Source: Escherichia coli
Lineage (GTDB): Bacteria > Pseudomonadota > Gammaproteobacteria > Enterobacterales > Enterobacteriaceae
Length of the DNA stretch: 64,000 nt
NCBI RefSeq assembly: GCF_003018255.1
Contig: NZ_CP027440.1
Strand: one strand, 5' to 3'
Shown here: one piece after another, positions 1 to 15,086 of the stretch
How the letters are laid out: every line of letters starts with the position of its first letter
How positions within the stretch are numbered: the stretch's first letter is position 1
Program-made: the position numbers and the translations under genes
Notes under the pieces: generated by a model
What the model saw: only the letters and a program-made list of their open reading frames with translations
The model's database searches: none
Told to the model about the DNA's origin: nothing

Positions 1-910
1 CGTCTCGCTCTATAGTGCCCCAAAACCTGGTGATATGGCTTTTATACGCGTGGCATCTTATTACCCCGTTACGATGTTCAGCCAGGTACGCACCCTCCCC
101 CGTGGTTCTGCCGAAGCGCAATACTGCGAGCTGGATGTGGTGCCAGGCGACCTGAACCGCTTTACGCTGACCGGATGCCTGCCACAACGTTCTGAGCCGC
201 TCCCGTTGGCTTTTGCCGTGCAGGATGGTGCCAGCTATGCTGGAGCAATTCTGAAAGATGAGTTAAAACAGGCAGGTATCACCTGGAGCGGAACACTGCT
301 GCGTCAGACGCAGGTTAACGAACCCGGAACGGTAGTTGCCAGTAAACAGTCGGCCCCGTTGCACGATCTGCTTAAGATTATGCTGAAAAAGTCGGACAAC
401 ATGATTGCCGATACGGTTTTCCGCATGATCGGCCATGCGCGCTTCAATGTGCCTGGAACATGGCGGGCCGGGTCGGACGCCGTGCGTCAGATCCTGCGCC
501 AGCAAGCCGGTGTCGATATTGGAAATACCATTATTGCCGATGGTTCAGGGCTTTCGCGGCATAACCTGATTGCTCCCGCCACCATGATGCAGGTGCTGCA
601 ATACATTGCCCAACACGACAATGAACTTAACTTTATCTCTATGCTGCCGCTGGCGGGCTATGACGGCTCTTTGCAGTACCGTGCAGGTCTGCATCAGGCG
701 GGCGTGGATGGAAAAGTCTCAGCGAAAACCGGTTCGTTGCAGGGGGTATATAACCTGGCGGGATTCATTACCACAGCGAGCGGGCAACGAATGGCGTTTG
801 TGCAATATCTTTCTGGCTATGCAGTAGAACCGGCGGATCAGCGTAATCGCCGTATTCCGTTGGTACGTTTTGAAAGCCGTTTGTATAAGGATATTTACCA
901 GAACAATTAG
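1..910 (+). CDS. dacB: D-alanyl-D-alanine carboxypeptidase/endopeptidase PBP4, C-terminal part (5' end lies outside the window)
   Basis: The frame is open from base 2. The translation (..SDNMIADTVFRMIGH..KTGSLQGVYNLAGFITTASGQRMAFVQYLSGY..IYQNN*) is recognisable as the E. coli PBP4 C-terminus, including the KTG motif. The stop is at 908-910. Confidence 0.96.
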   Translation, partial: VSLYSAPKPGDMAFIRVASYYPVTMFSQVRTLPRGSAEAQYCELDVVPGDLNRFTLTGCLPQRSEPLPLAFAVQDGASYAGAILKDELKQAGITWSGTLLRQTQVNEPGTVVASKQSAPLHDLLKIMLKKSDNMIADTVFRMIGHARFNVPGTWRAGSDAVRQILRQQAGVDIGNTIIADGSGLSRHNLIAPATMMQVLQYIAQHDNELNFISMLPLAGYDGSLQYRAGLHQAGVDGKVSAKTGSLQGVYNLAGFITTASGQRMAFVQYLSGYAVEPADQRNRRIPLVRFESRLYKDIYQNN

Positions 911-920
911 TCTAAAGAGA

Positions 921-946
921 AACCCCGGCACATGGCCGGGGTTTTG
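921..946. terminator. Bidirectional stem-loop terminator between convergent dacB and obgE
   Basis: The sequence aaCCCCGGCacatgGCCGGGGtttt forms a GC stem flanked by an A-run and a T-run, between two convergent stop codons. Confidence 0.75.
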
Positions 947-950
947 CTGA

Positions 951-2138
<1,188 letters not shown>

Positions 2139-3104
2139 TCATTCGCCTGCGCGGGGTTGCGATACCACCGTTGTATGCTTACGTAATCCGCCCCAAATAC
2201 GATGACCAATGGCGGAATACATCGCGCCCGCAACCACGACAAACGCACCGAGATAACCTAAAAGGTTTAACATCGGTCTGGCGAAGAAATCGGGCCAGGC
2301 CAGTGATAAAAGATCTGAAAAAAACAGCGTAAACAGTGGGGTGAGCGTAATGATCGCGCTCACCTGCGCTGCCTGCCAGCGAGCCATCGCTTCCGCCAGG
2401 GCGCCATATCCTACCAATGTATTCAGTCCGCAAAAAATTAAACATGCGAGCTGCCAGTGGCTAAGCTGCGCTATCACTCCAGGCTTTGCCAGAGGGAAGA
2501 GCGCAATTGTACATAAAGTGTACAGCAAAAACAGGATCTGCGGTGAGGCCAGTCGACGCAATAAAACCTTTTGCGCCACGCCATAACTCACCCACACCGT
2601 CGCCGCACCGACCCCAAAGATTACTCCCCAGGTGTAATCGGTGAGCTTTGTAAATATCTCGACCAGACTGGTGTTAAAAAACATCACCAGGCCGCTCAGG
2701 AGCATCAATGCCCCTACAACCTGAGTGCTGCGCATTTTCTCTTTCAGGATAAATACGCTGGCAACCATCATGCCAACTGGCGAGAGTTGCCCAATCACCT
2801 GCGAAGCGGTCGGACTCAGGTATTGCAAGGATGAGCTGAACAGGATGAAGTTCCCAAACAGCCCGGCGGTCGCCACTGCCAACAAAATCAACCAGCGTGG
2901 CTTACGAAACACGCGTAATGGCGGCAACCGCTTCTTCACCGCAAGAATGGCACCCAGGCCAATACTCGCCATCAAGAAACGGTAAAACACGATTGTCGGA
3001 GGTTCCATCACCTCCAGCACCTGCTTCATTGCGATTGGCAACGCCCCCCAGCAAATTGCTGTGGTGAGCGCCAAAAGAATGCCAATGCCTGCCTGCTGCT
3101 TCAT
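2139..3104 (-). CDS. yhbE: EamA/DMT-family inner membrane transporter YhbE
   Basis: The 321 aa polytopic hydrophobic ORF lies in the conserved rplU-rpmA-yhbE-obgE operon position, and the sequence is recognised as YhbE. Confidence 0.9.
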   Translation of the reverse strand: MKQQAGIGILLALTTAICWGALPIAMKQVLEVMEPPTIVFYRFLMASIGLGAILAVKKRLPPLRVFRKPRWLILLAVATAGLFGNFILFSSSLQYLSPTASQVIGQLSPVGMMVASVFILKEKMRSTQVVGALMLLSGLVMFFNTSLVEIFTKLTDYTWGVIFGVGAATVWVSYGVAQKVLLRRLASPQILFLLYTLCTIALFPLAKPGVIAQLSHWQLACLIFCGLNTLVGYGALAEAMARWQAAQVSAIITLTPLFTLFFSDLLSLAWPDFFARPMLNLLGYLGAFVVVAGAMYSAIGHRIWGGLRKHTTVVSQPRAGE

Positions 3105-3174
3105 ACCGTATTCCCTGCAAAGCGCATTTGCGGATTAACGTCGCACCATGCGCATTTTTACCGGTTATCGAATG

Positions 3175-3203
3175 TAAAAAGCCCCGCAACGTGTTGCGGG
3201 GCT
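3175..3203 (-). terminator. Rho-independent terminator/attenuator after rpmA
   Basis: On the minus strand, AGCCCCGCAACacGTTGCGGGGCT (perfect 11-bp stem) is followed by TTTTT. It lies 28 nt downstream of the rpmA stop. Confidence 0.8.
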
Positions 3204-3230
3204 TTCATCCGTTACCGGGACGCGAAAAAC

Positions 3231-3856
<626 letters not shown>

Positions 3857-3892
3857 TCAGAGTGCGCTATAAATATTCACAATAGGGCGCGA

Positions 3893-3921
3893 ATATTACG
3901 CAAAACGCACGCCTTTGACAA
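3893..3921 (-). promoter_or_regulatory. Probable sigma70 promoter of rplU-rpmA
   Basis: The minus strand reads TTGTCA, a 17-nt spacer, TAATAT, then a GC-rich discriminator (tcgcgccc) typical of stringently controlled ribosomal-protein promoters. This is a pattern match only. Confidence 0.5.
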
Positions 3922-4078
3922 GTGCTACAGTCAATACACGAAGAAAAAAAACACAACTTGTACGGTAACGTTTATCTGTGCCATTTTTTCAGTACAATCA
4001 CCCTATATTCCTAACCATAAACCCTAAGTTGCCTTTGTTCACAGTAAGGTAATCGGGGCGAAAAGCCCGGCTTTTGCG

Positions 4079-5050
4079 ATGAATTTAGAAAAAATCAATG
4101 AGTTAACCGCGCAAGATATGGCGGGTGTTAATGCGGCAATCCTTGAGCAGCTTAATTCCGACGTCCAACTGATCAATCAGTTAGGCTATTACATCGTCAG
4201 CGGCGGCGGTAAACGTATTCGTCCGATGATTGCTGTACTGGCTGCACGAGCTGTTGGCTATGAGGGAAATGCGCATGTCACCATTGCTGCCCTGATCGAG
4301 TTTATCCACACGGCGACTCTGCTGCACGACGACGTTGTGGATGAATCAGATATGCGCAGGGGTAAAGCTACCGCCAACGCTGCATTTGGCAATGCCGCCA
4401 GCGTGCTGGTAGGCGATTTTATTTATACCCGCGCGTTCCAGATGATGACCAGCCTCGGCTCGCTCAAAGTGCTGGAAGTCATGTCAGAAGCCGTAAACGT
4501 CATCGCAGAAGGTGAAGTTCTGCAACTGATGAACGTTAACGATCCGGACATCACTGAAGAAAACTACATGCGCGTTATCTATAGCAAAACCGCGCGTCTG
4601 TTTGAGGCTGCCGCGCAGTGTTCCGGGATTCTGGCTGGCTGTACGCCGGAGGAGGAGAAAGGCCTGCAGGATTATGGGCGCTATCTCGGCACTGCTTTCC
4701 AGTTGATCGACGATTTACTCGATTACAATGCCGATGGCGAACAGTTAGGTAAAAACGTCGGCGACGATCTGAACGAAGGTAAACCGACGCTGCCGCTGCT
4801 GCATGCAATGCATCATGGCACACCAGAACAGGCACAGATGATTCGTACCGCCATCGAACAGGGTAACGGTCGCCATCTTCTGGAACCGGTTCTGGAAGCA
4901 ATGAACGCTTGTGGATCTCTTGAATGGACGCGTCAGCGTGCCGAGGAAGAAGCAGACAAAGCCATCGCAGCGTTACAGGTGCTCCCGGACACCCCGTGGC
5001 GAGAAGCACTCATCGGCCTCGCGCACATCGCTGTTCAACGCGATCGTTAA
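4079..5050 (+). CDS. ispB: Octaprenyl diphosphate synthase
   Basis: The 323 aa ORF carries the trans-prenyltransferase motifs DDVVDESDMRRG and FQLIDDLLD, and the sequence is recognised as IspB. Confidence 0.98.
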   Translation: MNLEKINELTAQDMAGVNAAILEQLNSDVQLINQLGYYIVSGGGKRIRPMIAVLAARAVGYEGNAHVTIAALIEFIHTATLLHDDVVDESDMRRGKATANAAFGNAASVLVGDFIYTRAFQMMTSLGSLKVLEVMSEAVNVIAEGEVLQLMNVNDPDITEENYMRVIYSKTARLFEAAAQCSGILAGCTPEEEKGLQDYGRYLGTAFQLIDDLLDYNADGEQLGKNVGDDLNEGKPTLPLLHAMHHGTPEQAQMIRTAIEQGNGRHLLEPVLEAMNACGSLEWTRQRAEEEADKAIAALQVLPDTPWREALIGLAHIAVQRDR

Positions 5051-5061
5051 TCCCCTCCCCT

Positions 5062-5084
5062 CATCCCGCGCAGCGCGCGGGATG
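5062..5084 (+). terminator. Stem-loop downstream of ispB (possible terminator)
   Basis: CATCCCGCGcagcgCGCGGGATG forms a perfect 9-bp stem 12 nt after the ispB stop. There is no strong T-run, so confidence is moderate. Confidence 0.4.
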
Positions 5085-5277
5085 ATTCCAGTAAATTCCA
5101 TAAAAACACTTATTCAGCTCTATAACACCTGAAAAATAGGGACGTACATCTTTATATATTCTGAATATTCACACTCTTTACAGGAACTTTTTAGAGCAAT
5201 AGGCCATCAGGAGTATAGTGATGCTCGACAGAAGAAGTGTTCTGAATGAAAGCGACTAACTTAAGGAGTGAGGAAAG

Positions 5278-5556
5278 ATGGAAAGTAATTTCATTGACTG
5301 GCATCCCGCTGACATCATTGCGGGTTTGCGCAAGAAGGGAACGTCAATGGCGGCGGAATCTCGCAGAAATGGTTTGAGTTCCTCAACGCTGGCGAACGCA
5401 TTATCGCGCCCCTGGCCGAAAGGAGAGATGATTATTGCGAAAGCCCTGGGAACTGACCCCTGGATTATCTGGCCATCTCGCTACCATGATCCGCAGACCC
5501 ATGAGTTTATCGACAGAACGCAGTTGATGCGTAGCTACACTAAACCGAAAAAATGA
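5278..5556 (+). CDS. sfsB: Ner-like HTH regulator SfsB (Nlp)
   Basis: The 92 aa ORF begins MESNFIDWHPADIIAGLRKKGTSMAAESRRNGLSSSTLANAL.. and is recognised as SfsB. A strong SD (AAGGAG) lies upstream. Confidence 0.95.
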   Translation: MESNFIDWHPADIIAGLRKKGTSMAAESRRNGLSSSTLANALSRPWPKGEMIIAKALGTDPWIIWPSRYHDPQTHEFIDRTQLMRSYTKPKK

Positions 5557-5561
5557 GTGGT

Positions 5562-5592
5562 CTGGCGGTAGCCCCGCGAACGGGGCTGCCAG
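5562..5592. terminator. Stem-loop between convergent sfsB and murA
   Basis: CTGGC(ggt)AGCCCCGcgaaCGGGGCTGCCAG forms a bulged GC-rich hairpin between two convergent stops. Confidence 0.45.
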
Positions 5593-5603
5593 CTCTCAGA
5601 CAA

Positions 5604-6863
<1,260 letters not shown>

Positions 6864-6917
6864 TTAGTTTGTTCTCAGTTAACAATTCATATCCGCTACC
6901 GGCGAATCGCCCATAGC

Positions 6918-7172
6918 TCAAAAGCCGTTCAGTTTGCGATCGCGCGCCCACTCCGCAGGGGTATACGCTTTGATCGACACAGCATGAATGCGGTTATCCG
7001 CAATATATTCCATCAGCGGGCCATAGACCGTCTGCTGTTTTTTAACCCGACTCATGCCGTCAAACAACTCACCCACGGCAATAACCTGAAAGTGGCTGCC
7101 ATCGCCGGAAACGTGGACTTCCTGGAGGGAGAGAGCGTTCATCAACACGCTCTGAATTTCATTATTTTCCAT
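6918..7172 (-). CDS. ibaG: BolA-family acid-stress protein IbaG (YrbA)
   Basis: The canonical 84 aa form starts at [12 protein letters not shown]... The ORF track offers an in-frame Met 5 codons upstream (7187). Confidence 0.9.
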
Positions 7173-7291
7173 GGGATCTTCAATCATCAGTTAATAAACC
7201 AGCGAAACATCTTAGAGCAAAGTTGCGCTGGCATAAATAAGCAAAAAGCCTCGCTGATAAATCAGACAAGGCTCGACTTGCAGGCAGGTTT

Positions 7292-7321
7292 GCCGGACAG
7301 GCGGTTAACGCCATATCCGGC
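7292..7321. repeat. REP (repetitive extragenic palindrome) element
   Basis: GCCGGAcaGGCGgttaaCGCCatatCCGGC fits the REP consensus architecture (GCCGGA..CGCC..TCCGGC). It is intergenic between ibaG and mlaB. Confidence 0.7.
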
Positions 7322-7331
7322 CTGAAAAAAT

Positions 7332-7624
7332 TTAACGAGGCAGAACATCAGCAGGCAAATTATACAATTTCGCCAGGGTATACACTTTGTCGTTTACCCC
7401 CTGAAGCGTCACATTGTTGCCCTGCTTTTTCGCCAGATCGATAAGATGGAGCAGCAGCGCCAGTCCACCTGTATCAACGCGGGATACACGGCTAAGATCG
7501 ATACAGGTAATCCCCTTCACCGCTTCCTCACGCATTTCCCAAAGCGGTAGCAGAACGTCCTGATCCAGCTCTCCGGATAACGCCAGCGTGTCACCCGTCT
7601 GCATCCAGCTCAGTGACTCGCTCA

Positions 7625-7625
<1 letters not shown>
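7332..7625 (-). CDS. mlaB: STAS-domain phospholipid-transport accessory protein MlaB
   Basis: The 97 aa ORF is recognised as MlaB. Its ATG overlaps the mlaC TAA (TAATG). Confidence 0.96.
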
Positions 7626-10435
<2,810 letters not shown>

Positions 10436-10644
10436 AATTCACCCTTCGTCTTGCGTTGATTTTCTAAGCATGGCGCTCAATTTAACCTTGACCCCAACAT
10501 ATTTACAGAATATTACCCGCCGTGGTTAGCGAAAGCTGGCATTTGTTTTACTTTTTAGCCGCATAAAGTCAAAATTAAGAATCCGTTACGGCTTTCTGAA
10601 AATCTTCAGCGGACCGGCGAGTATACCTGAAGAAAGGACGTTAG

Positions 10645-11622
10645 ATGCTTTTAGCTACGGCACTGTTAATTGTTGGTTTACTTTTGGTCGTTTACAGTGC
10701 CGACCGCCTGGTTTTTGCCGCGTCTATTCTTTGCCGAACCTTTGGCATCCCGCCGCTAATCATCGGCATGACGGTGGTCAGTATTGGTACATCGTTACCA
10801 GAAATCATCGTCTCGCTTGCCGCGTCTCTGCACGAACAACGCGATTTAGCCGTTGGTACAGCCCTCGGCTCAAACATTATCAATATATTGCTGATCCTCG
10901 GTCTGGCTGCGCTGGTTCGTCCTTTTACCGTCCATTCTGATGTTCTACGCCGTGAATTACCCTTAATGTTGTTGGTCAGCGTGGTGGCCGGTTCCGTACT
11001 CTATGACGGACAACTTAGTCGAAGCGATGGTATCTTTCTCCTCTTTCTGGCTGTGCTATGGCTGCTGTTCATTGTTAAACTTGCACGTCAGGCTGAACGT
11101 CAGGGGACTGACAGCCTGACCAGAGAGCAGCTTGCAGAGCTGCCTCGTGACGGCGGATTGCCCGTCGCGTTTTTATGGCTCGGCATTGCGCTTATCATCA
11201 TGCCAGTGGCCACGCGGATGGTGGTTGATAACGCCACGGTGCTGGCGAATTACTTTGCCATCAGCGAGTTGACGATGGGTCTGACGGCAATTGCTATCGG
11301 AACCAGCCTGCCGGAACTGGCAACCGCAATAGCGGGGGTTCGCAAAGGTGAAAACGACATTGCTGTCGGAAATATCATTGGCGCAAACATTTTTAATATT
11401 GTCATCGTATTGGGTTTACCCGCGCTGATAACGCCAGGAGAGATTGATCCACTGGCGTACAGTCGTGACTACAGCGTGATGTTGCTGGTGAGCATTATTT
11501 TTGCGTTGCTGTGCTGGCGGCGCTCCCCGCAACCGGGCCGTGGTGTAGGGGTATTATTAACTGGCGGATTTATCGTATGGCTGGCGATGTTGTACTGGTT
11601 ATCGCCAATACTCGTTGAATAA
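10645..11622 (+). CDS. yrbG: Na+/Ca2+ exchanger-family inner membrane protein YrbG
   Basis: The 325 aa ORF has two internal alpha-repeat motifs (GTSLPEIIVS and GTSLPELATA) typical of the CaCA family, and is recognised as YrbG. Confidence 0.95.
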   Translation: MLLATALLIVGLLLVVYSADRLVFAASILCRTFGIPPLIIGMTVVSIGTSLPEIIVSLAASLHEQRDLAVGTALGSNIINILLILGLAALVRPFTVHSDVLRRELPLMLLVSVVAGSVLYDGQLSRSDGIFLLFLAVLWLLFIVKLARQAERQGTDSLTREQLAELPRDGGLPVAFLWLGIALIIMPVATRMVVDNATVLANYFAISELTMGLTAIAIGTSLPELATAIAGVRKGENDIAVGNIIGANIFNIVIVLGLPALITPGEIDPLAYSRDYSVMLLVSIIFALLCWRRSPQPGRGVGVLLTGGFIVWLAMLYWLSPILVE

Positions 11623-11635
11623 CTGGAAACGCATT

Positions 11636-12622
11636 ATGTCGCACGTAGAGTTACAACCGGGTTTTGACTTTCAGCAAGCAGGTAAAGAAGTCCTGGCGAT
11701 TGAACGTGAATGCCTGGCGGAGCTTGATCAATACATCAATCAGAATTTCACGCTTGCCTGTGAAAAGATGTTCTGGTGTAAAGGGAAAGTTGTCGTCATG
11801 GGGATGGGGAAATCGGGGCACATCGGGCGCAAAATGGCCGCAACGTTTGCCAGCACCGGTACACCTTCATTTTTCGTCCATCCTGGTGAAGCCGCGCATG
11901 GTGATTTAGGCATGGTCACCCCACAGGATGTGGTGATTGCTATCTCTAACTCAGGTGAATCCAGCGAAATCACGGCCTTAATTCCAGTGCTTAAGCGTCT
12001 TCACGTACCGTTAATCTGCATCACCGGTCGCCCGGAGAGCAGCATGGCGCGCGCCGCAGATGTGCATCTGTGTGTTAAAGTAGCGAAAGAAGCCTGTCCG
12101 TTAGGGCTGGCACCGACCAGCAGCACCACCGCCACGCTGGTTATGGGCGATGCCCTCGCTGTCGCGCTGTTAAAAGCACGCGGCTTTACTGCTGAAGATT
12201 TTGCGCTCTCACACCCAGGCGGCGCACTGGGTCGTAAACTTCTGCTGCGCGTAAACGATATTATGCATACGGGCGATGAGATCCCGCATGTTAAGAAAAC
12301 GGCCAGTCTGCGTGACGCATTGCTGGAAGTTACCCGCAAAAATCTTGGTGTGACTGTCATTTGCGATGACAATATGATGATTGAAGGCATCTTTACCGAC
12401 GGTGATTTACGCCGTGTCTTCGATATGGGCGTGGATGTTCGTCAGTTAAGTATTGCCGATGTGATGACGCCGGGGGGAATACGTGTGCGCCCTGGCATTC
12501 TGGCCGTTGAGGCACTGAACTTAATGCAGTCCCGCCATATCACCTCCGTGATGGTTGCCGATGGCGACCATTTACTCGGTGTGTTACATATGCATGATTT
12601 ACTGCGTGCAGGCGTAGTGTAA
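11636..12622 (+). CDS. kdsD: D-arabinose 5-phosphate isomerase
   Basis: The canonical 328 aa form starts at MSHVELQPGFDFQQAGKEV... It has a SIS domain (GMGKSGHIG) plus tandem CBS domains. The ORF-track start at 11615 overlaps yrbG and was rejected. Confidence 0.96.
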   Translation: MSHVELQPGFDFQQAGKEVLAIERECLAELDQYINQNFTLACEKMFWCKGKVVVMGMGKSGHIGRKMAATFASTGTPSFFVHPGEAAHGDLGMVTPQDVVIAISNSGESSEITALIPVLKRLHVPLICITGRPESSMARAADVHLCVKVAKEACPLGLAPTSSTTATLVMGDALAVALLKARGFTAEDFALSHPGGALGRKLLLRVNDIMHTGDEIPHVKKTASLRDALLEVTRKNLGVTVICDDNMMIEGIFTDGDLRRVFDMGVDVRQLSIADVMTPGGIRVRPGILAVEALNLMQSRHITSVMVADGDHLLGVLHMHDLLRAGVV

Positions 12623-12642
12623 AGATTCAAGGATAAACAACA

Positions 12643-13209
12643 ATGAGCAAAGCAGGTGCGTCGCTTGCGACCTGTTACGGCCCTGTCAGCGCCGACGTTA
12701 TAGCAAAAGCAGAGAACATTCGTCTGCTGATCCTCGATGTCGATGGCGTACTGTCAGATGGCCTGATTTATATGGGCAATAATGGCGAAGAGCTGAAAGC
12801 GTTCAATGTTCGTGACGGTTATGGCATTCGTTGTGCGCTCACCTCTGATATTGAAGTCGCTATCATTACCGGGCGAAAGGCTAAACTGGTAGAAGATCGT
12901 TGTGCCACATTGGGGATCACTCACTTGTATCAGGGGCAGTCAAACAAACTGATCGCCTTTAGCGATTTGCTGGAAAAACTGGCGATTGCCCCGGAAAATG
13001 TGGCTTATGTCGGCGATGATCTCATCGACTGGCCGGTAATGGAAAAAGTGGGTTTAAGCATCGCCGTGGCCGATGCGCATCCACTGTTAATCCCGCGCGC
13101 CGATTACGTGACGCGCATTGCTGGCGGTCGTGGTGCAGTGCGTGAAGTTTGCGACTTATTACTCCTGGCGCAGGGCAAACTGGATGAAGCCAAAGGGCAA
13201 TCGATATGA
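12643..13209 (+). CDS. kdsC: KDO 8-phosphate phosphatase
   Basis: The 188 aa ORF has the HAD motif LLILDVDGVLSDG and is recognised as KdsC. Confidence 0.97.
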   Translation: MSKAGASLATCYGPVSADVIAKAENIRLLILDVDGVLSDGLIYMGNNGEELKAFNVRDGYGIRCALTSDIEVAIITGRKAKLVEDRCATLGITHLYQGQSNKLIAFSDLLEKLAIAPENVAYVGDDLIDWPVMEKVGLSIAVADAHPLLIPRADYVTRIAGGRGAVREVCDLLLLAQGKLDEAKGQSI

Positions 13210-13781
13210 GTAAAGCCAGACGTTGGGTTATCATTGTGCTGTCACTGGCGGTTCTGGTGATGATCGGCATTAATATGGCCGAAAAAGACGATACCGCCCA
13301 GGTGGTCGTCAACAACAATGATCCCACCTATAAAAGCGAGCATACGGACACGCTCGTCTATAACCCAGAAGGGGCACTAAGCTATCGATTGATTGCTCAA
13401 CACGTTGAATATTATTCCGATCAGGCCGTTTCGTGGTTTACGCAGCCGGTACTTACCACGTTTGATAAGGATAAAATCCCGACATGGTCCGTAAAAGCAG
13501 ATAAAGCCAAGCTGACCAATGACCGGATGCTCTATTTATATGGACACGTTGAAGTCAACGCACTCGTGCCGGACTCTCAACTTCGCAGAATCACGACGGA
13601 TAACGCGCAGATCAATCTGGTGACGCAGGATGTTACCTCTGAAGACCTCGTCACGTTATACGGAACAACATTTAACTCCAGCGGTCTGAAAATGCGCGGC
13701 AACTTACGCAGCAAGAACGCCGAGCTGATTGAAAAGGTTAGAACATCCTATGAAATTCAAAACAAACAAACTCAGCCTTAA
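13206..13781 (+). CDS. lptC: LPS export protein LptC
   Basis: The 191 aa ORF has an N-terminal TM anchor. ATGA overlaps the kdsC stop. It is recognised as LptC. Confidence 0.96.
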   Translation: MSKARRWVIIVLSLAVLVMIGINMAEKDDTAQVVVNNNDPTYKSEHTDTLVYNPEGALSYRLIAQHVEYYSDQAVSWFTQPVLTTFDKDKIPTWSVKADKAKLTNDRMLYLYGHVEVNALVPDSQLRRITTDNAQINLVTQDVTSEDLVTLYGTTFNSSGLKMRGNLRSKNAELIEKVRTSYEIQNKQTQP

Positions 13782-14307
13782 TCTTGTGCTTGCCAGCTCA
13801 CTTCTGGCCGCCAGCATTCCGGCATTTGCCGTAACCGGAGACACTGATCAGCCGATCCACATTGAATCGGACCAGCAATCTCTTGATATGCAAGGCAACG
13901 TGGTTACCTTTACCGGCAATGTCATCGTCACCCAGGGCACCATCAAAATTAATGCCGACAAAGTGGTCGTTACCCGTCCGGGCGGCGAACAAGGTAAAGA
14001 AGTGATTGACGGCTACGGTAAACCGGCAACGTTCTACCAGATGCAGGACAACGGTAAACCCGTTGAAGGTCACGCTTCACAGATGCACTACGAACTGGCA
14101 AAAGATTTTGTCGTTCTGACGGGTAATGCTTATCTGCAGCAGGTCGATAGCAACATTAAGGGCGATAAGATCACTTACCTGGTGAAAGAGCAGAAAATGC
14201 AGGCTTTCAGCGACAAAGGCAAGCGCGTAACCACCGTTCTGGTGCCGTCGCAGCTGCAGGACAAAAACAATAAAGGCCAGACCCCGGCACAGAAGAAGGG
14301 TAATTAA
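13750..14307 (+). CDS. lptA: Periplasmic LPS transport protein LptA
   Basis: The canonical 185 aa form starts at MKFKTNKLSLNLVLASSLLAASIPAFA (signal peptide). The start lies inside the 3' end of lptC (32-nt overlap). Confidence 0.95.
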   Translation: MKFKTNKLSLNLVLASSLLAASIPAFAVTGDTDQPIHIESDQQSLDMQGNVVTFTGNVIVTQGTIKINADKVVVTRPGGEQGKEVIDGYGKPATFYQMQDNGKPVEGHASQMHYELAKDFVVLTGNAYLQQVDSNIKGDKITYLVKEQKMQAFSDKGKRVTTVLVPSQLQDKNNKGQTPAQKKGN

Positions 14308-14313
14308 TTCGTT

Positions 14314-15039
14314 ATGGCAACATTAACTGCAAAGAACCTTGCAAAAGCCTATAAAGGCCGTCGCGTGGTAGAAGACGTCAGCCTGACCGTCAACTCCGGG
14401 GAAATTGTCGGTCTGCTGGGGCCAAACGGTGCCGGTAAGACCACCACTTTCTACATGGTTGTTGGCATTGTGCCGCGCGATGCGGGCAACATCATTATTG
14501 ATGATGACGATATCAGTCTGCTGCCTCTGCATGCACGCGCGCGCCGCGGTATCGGCTATCTGCCGCAGGAAGCCTCCATTTTCCGTCGCCTCAGCGTTTA
14601 CGATAACCTGATGGCGGTACTGCAAATTCGTGACGACTTGTCTGCTGAACAACGTGAAGACCGCGCGAACGAGCTGATGGAAGAGTTTCACATTGAGCAC
14701 CTGCGTGACAGCATGGGGCAGTCACTCTCCGGGGGTGAACGTCGCCGTGTAGAAATTGCCCGTGCACTGGCTGCGAATCCGAAATTTATTCTGCTCGACG
14801 AACCGTTTGCCGGGGTTGACCCGATCTCGGTTATCGACATTAAACGCATCATTGAGCACCTGCGCGACAGCGGCCTGGGCGTACTGATCACTGACCACAA
14901 CGTGCGTGAAACACTGGCGGTTTGTGAACGCGCTTATATCGTCAGTCAGGGGCATTTGATCGCCCACGGCACGCCTACAGAAATCTTACAAGACGAACAC
15001 GTTAAGCGTGTATACCTTGGGGAAGACTTCAGACTCTGA
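14314..15039 (+). CDS. lptB: LPS export ABC ATPase LptB
   Basis: The 241 aa ORF has Walker [10 protein letters not shown], signature LSGGERRR and Walker B ILLDEP. Confidence 0.98.
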
Positions 15040-15086
15040 TAGGGTAGAAGTTTGCGATGTTTTAGCAGGAGAGTACGATTCTGAAC

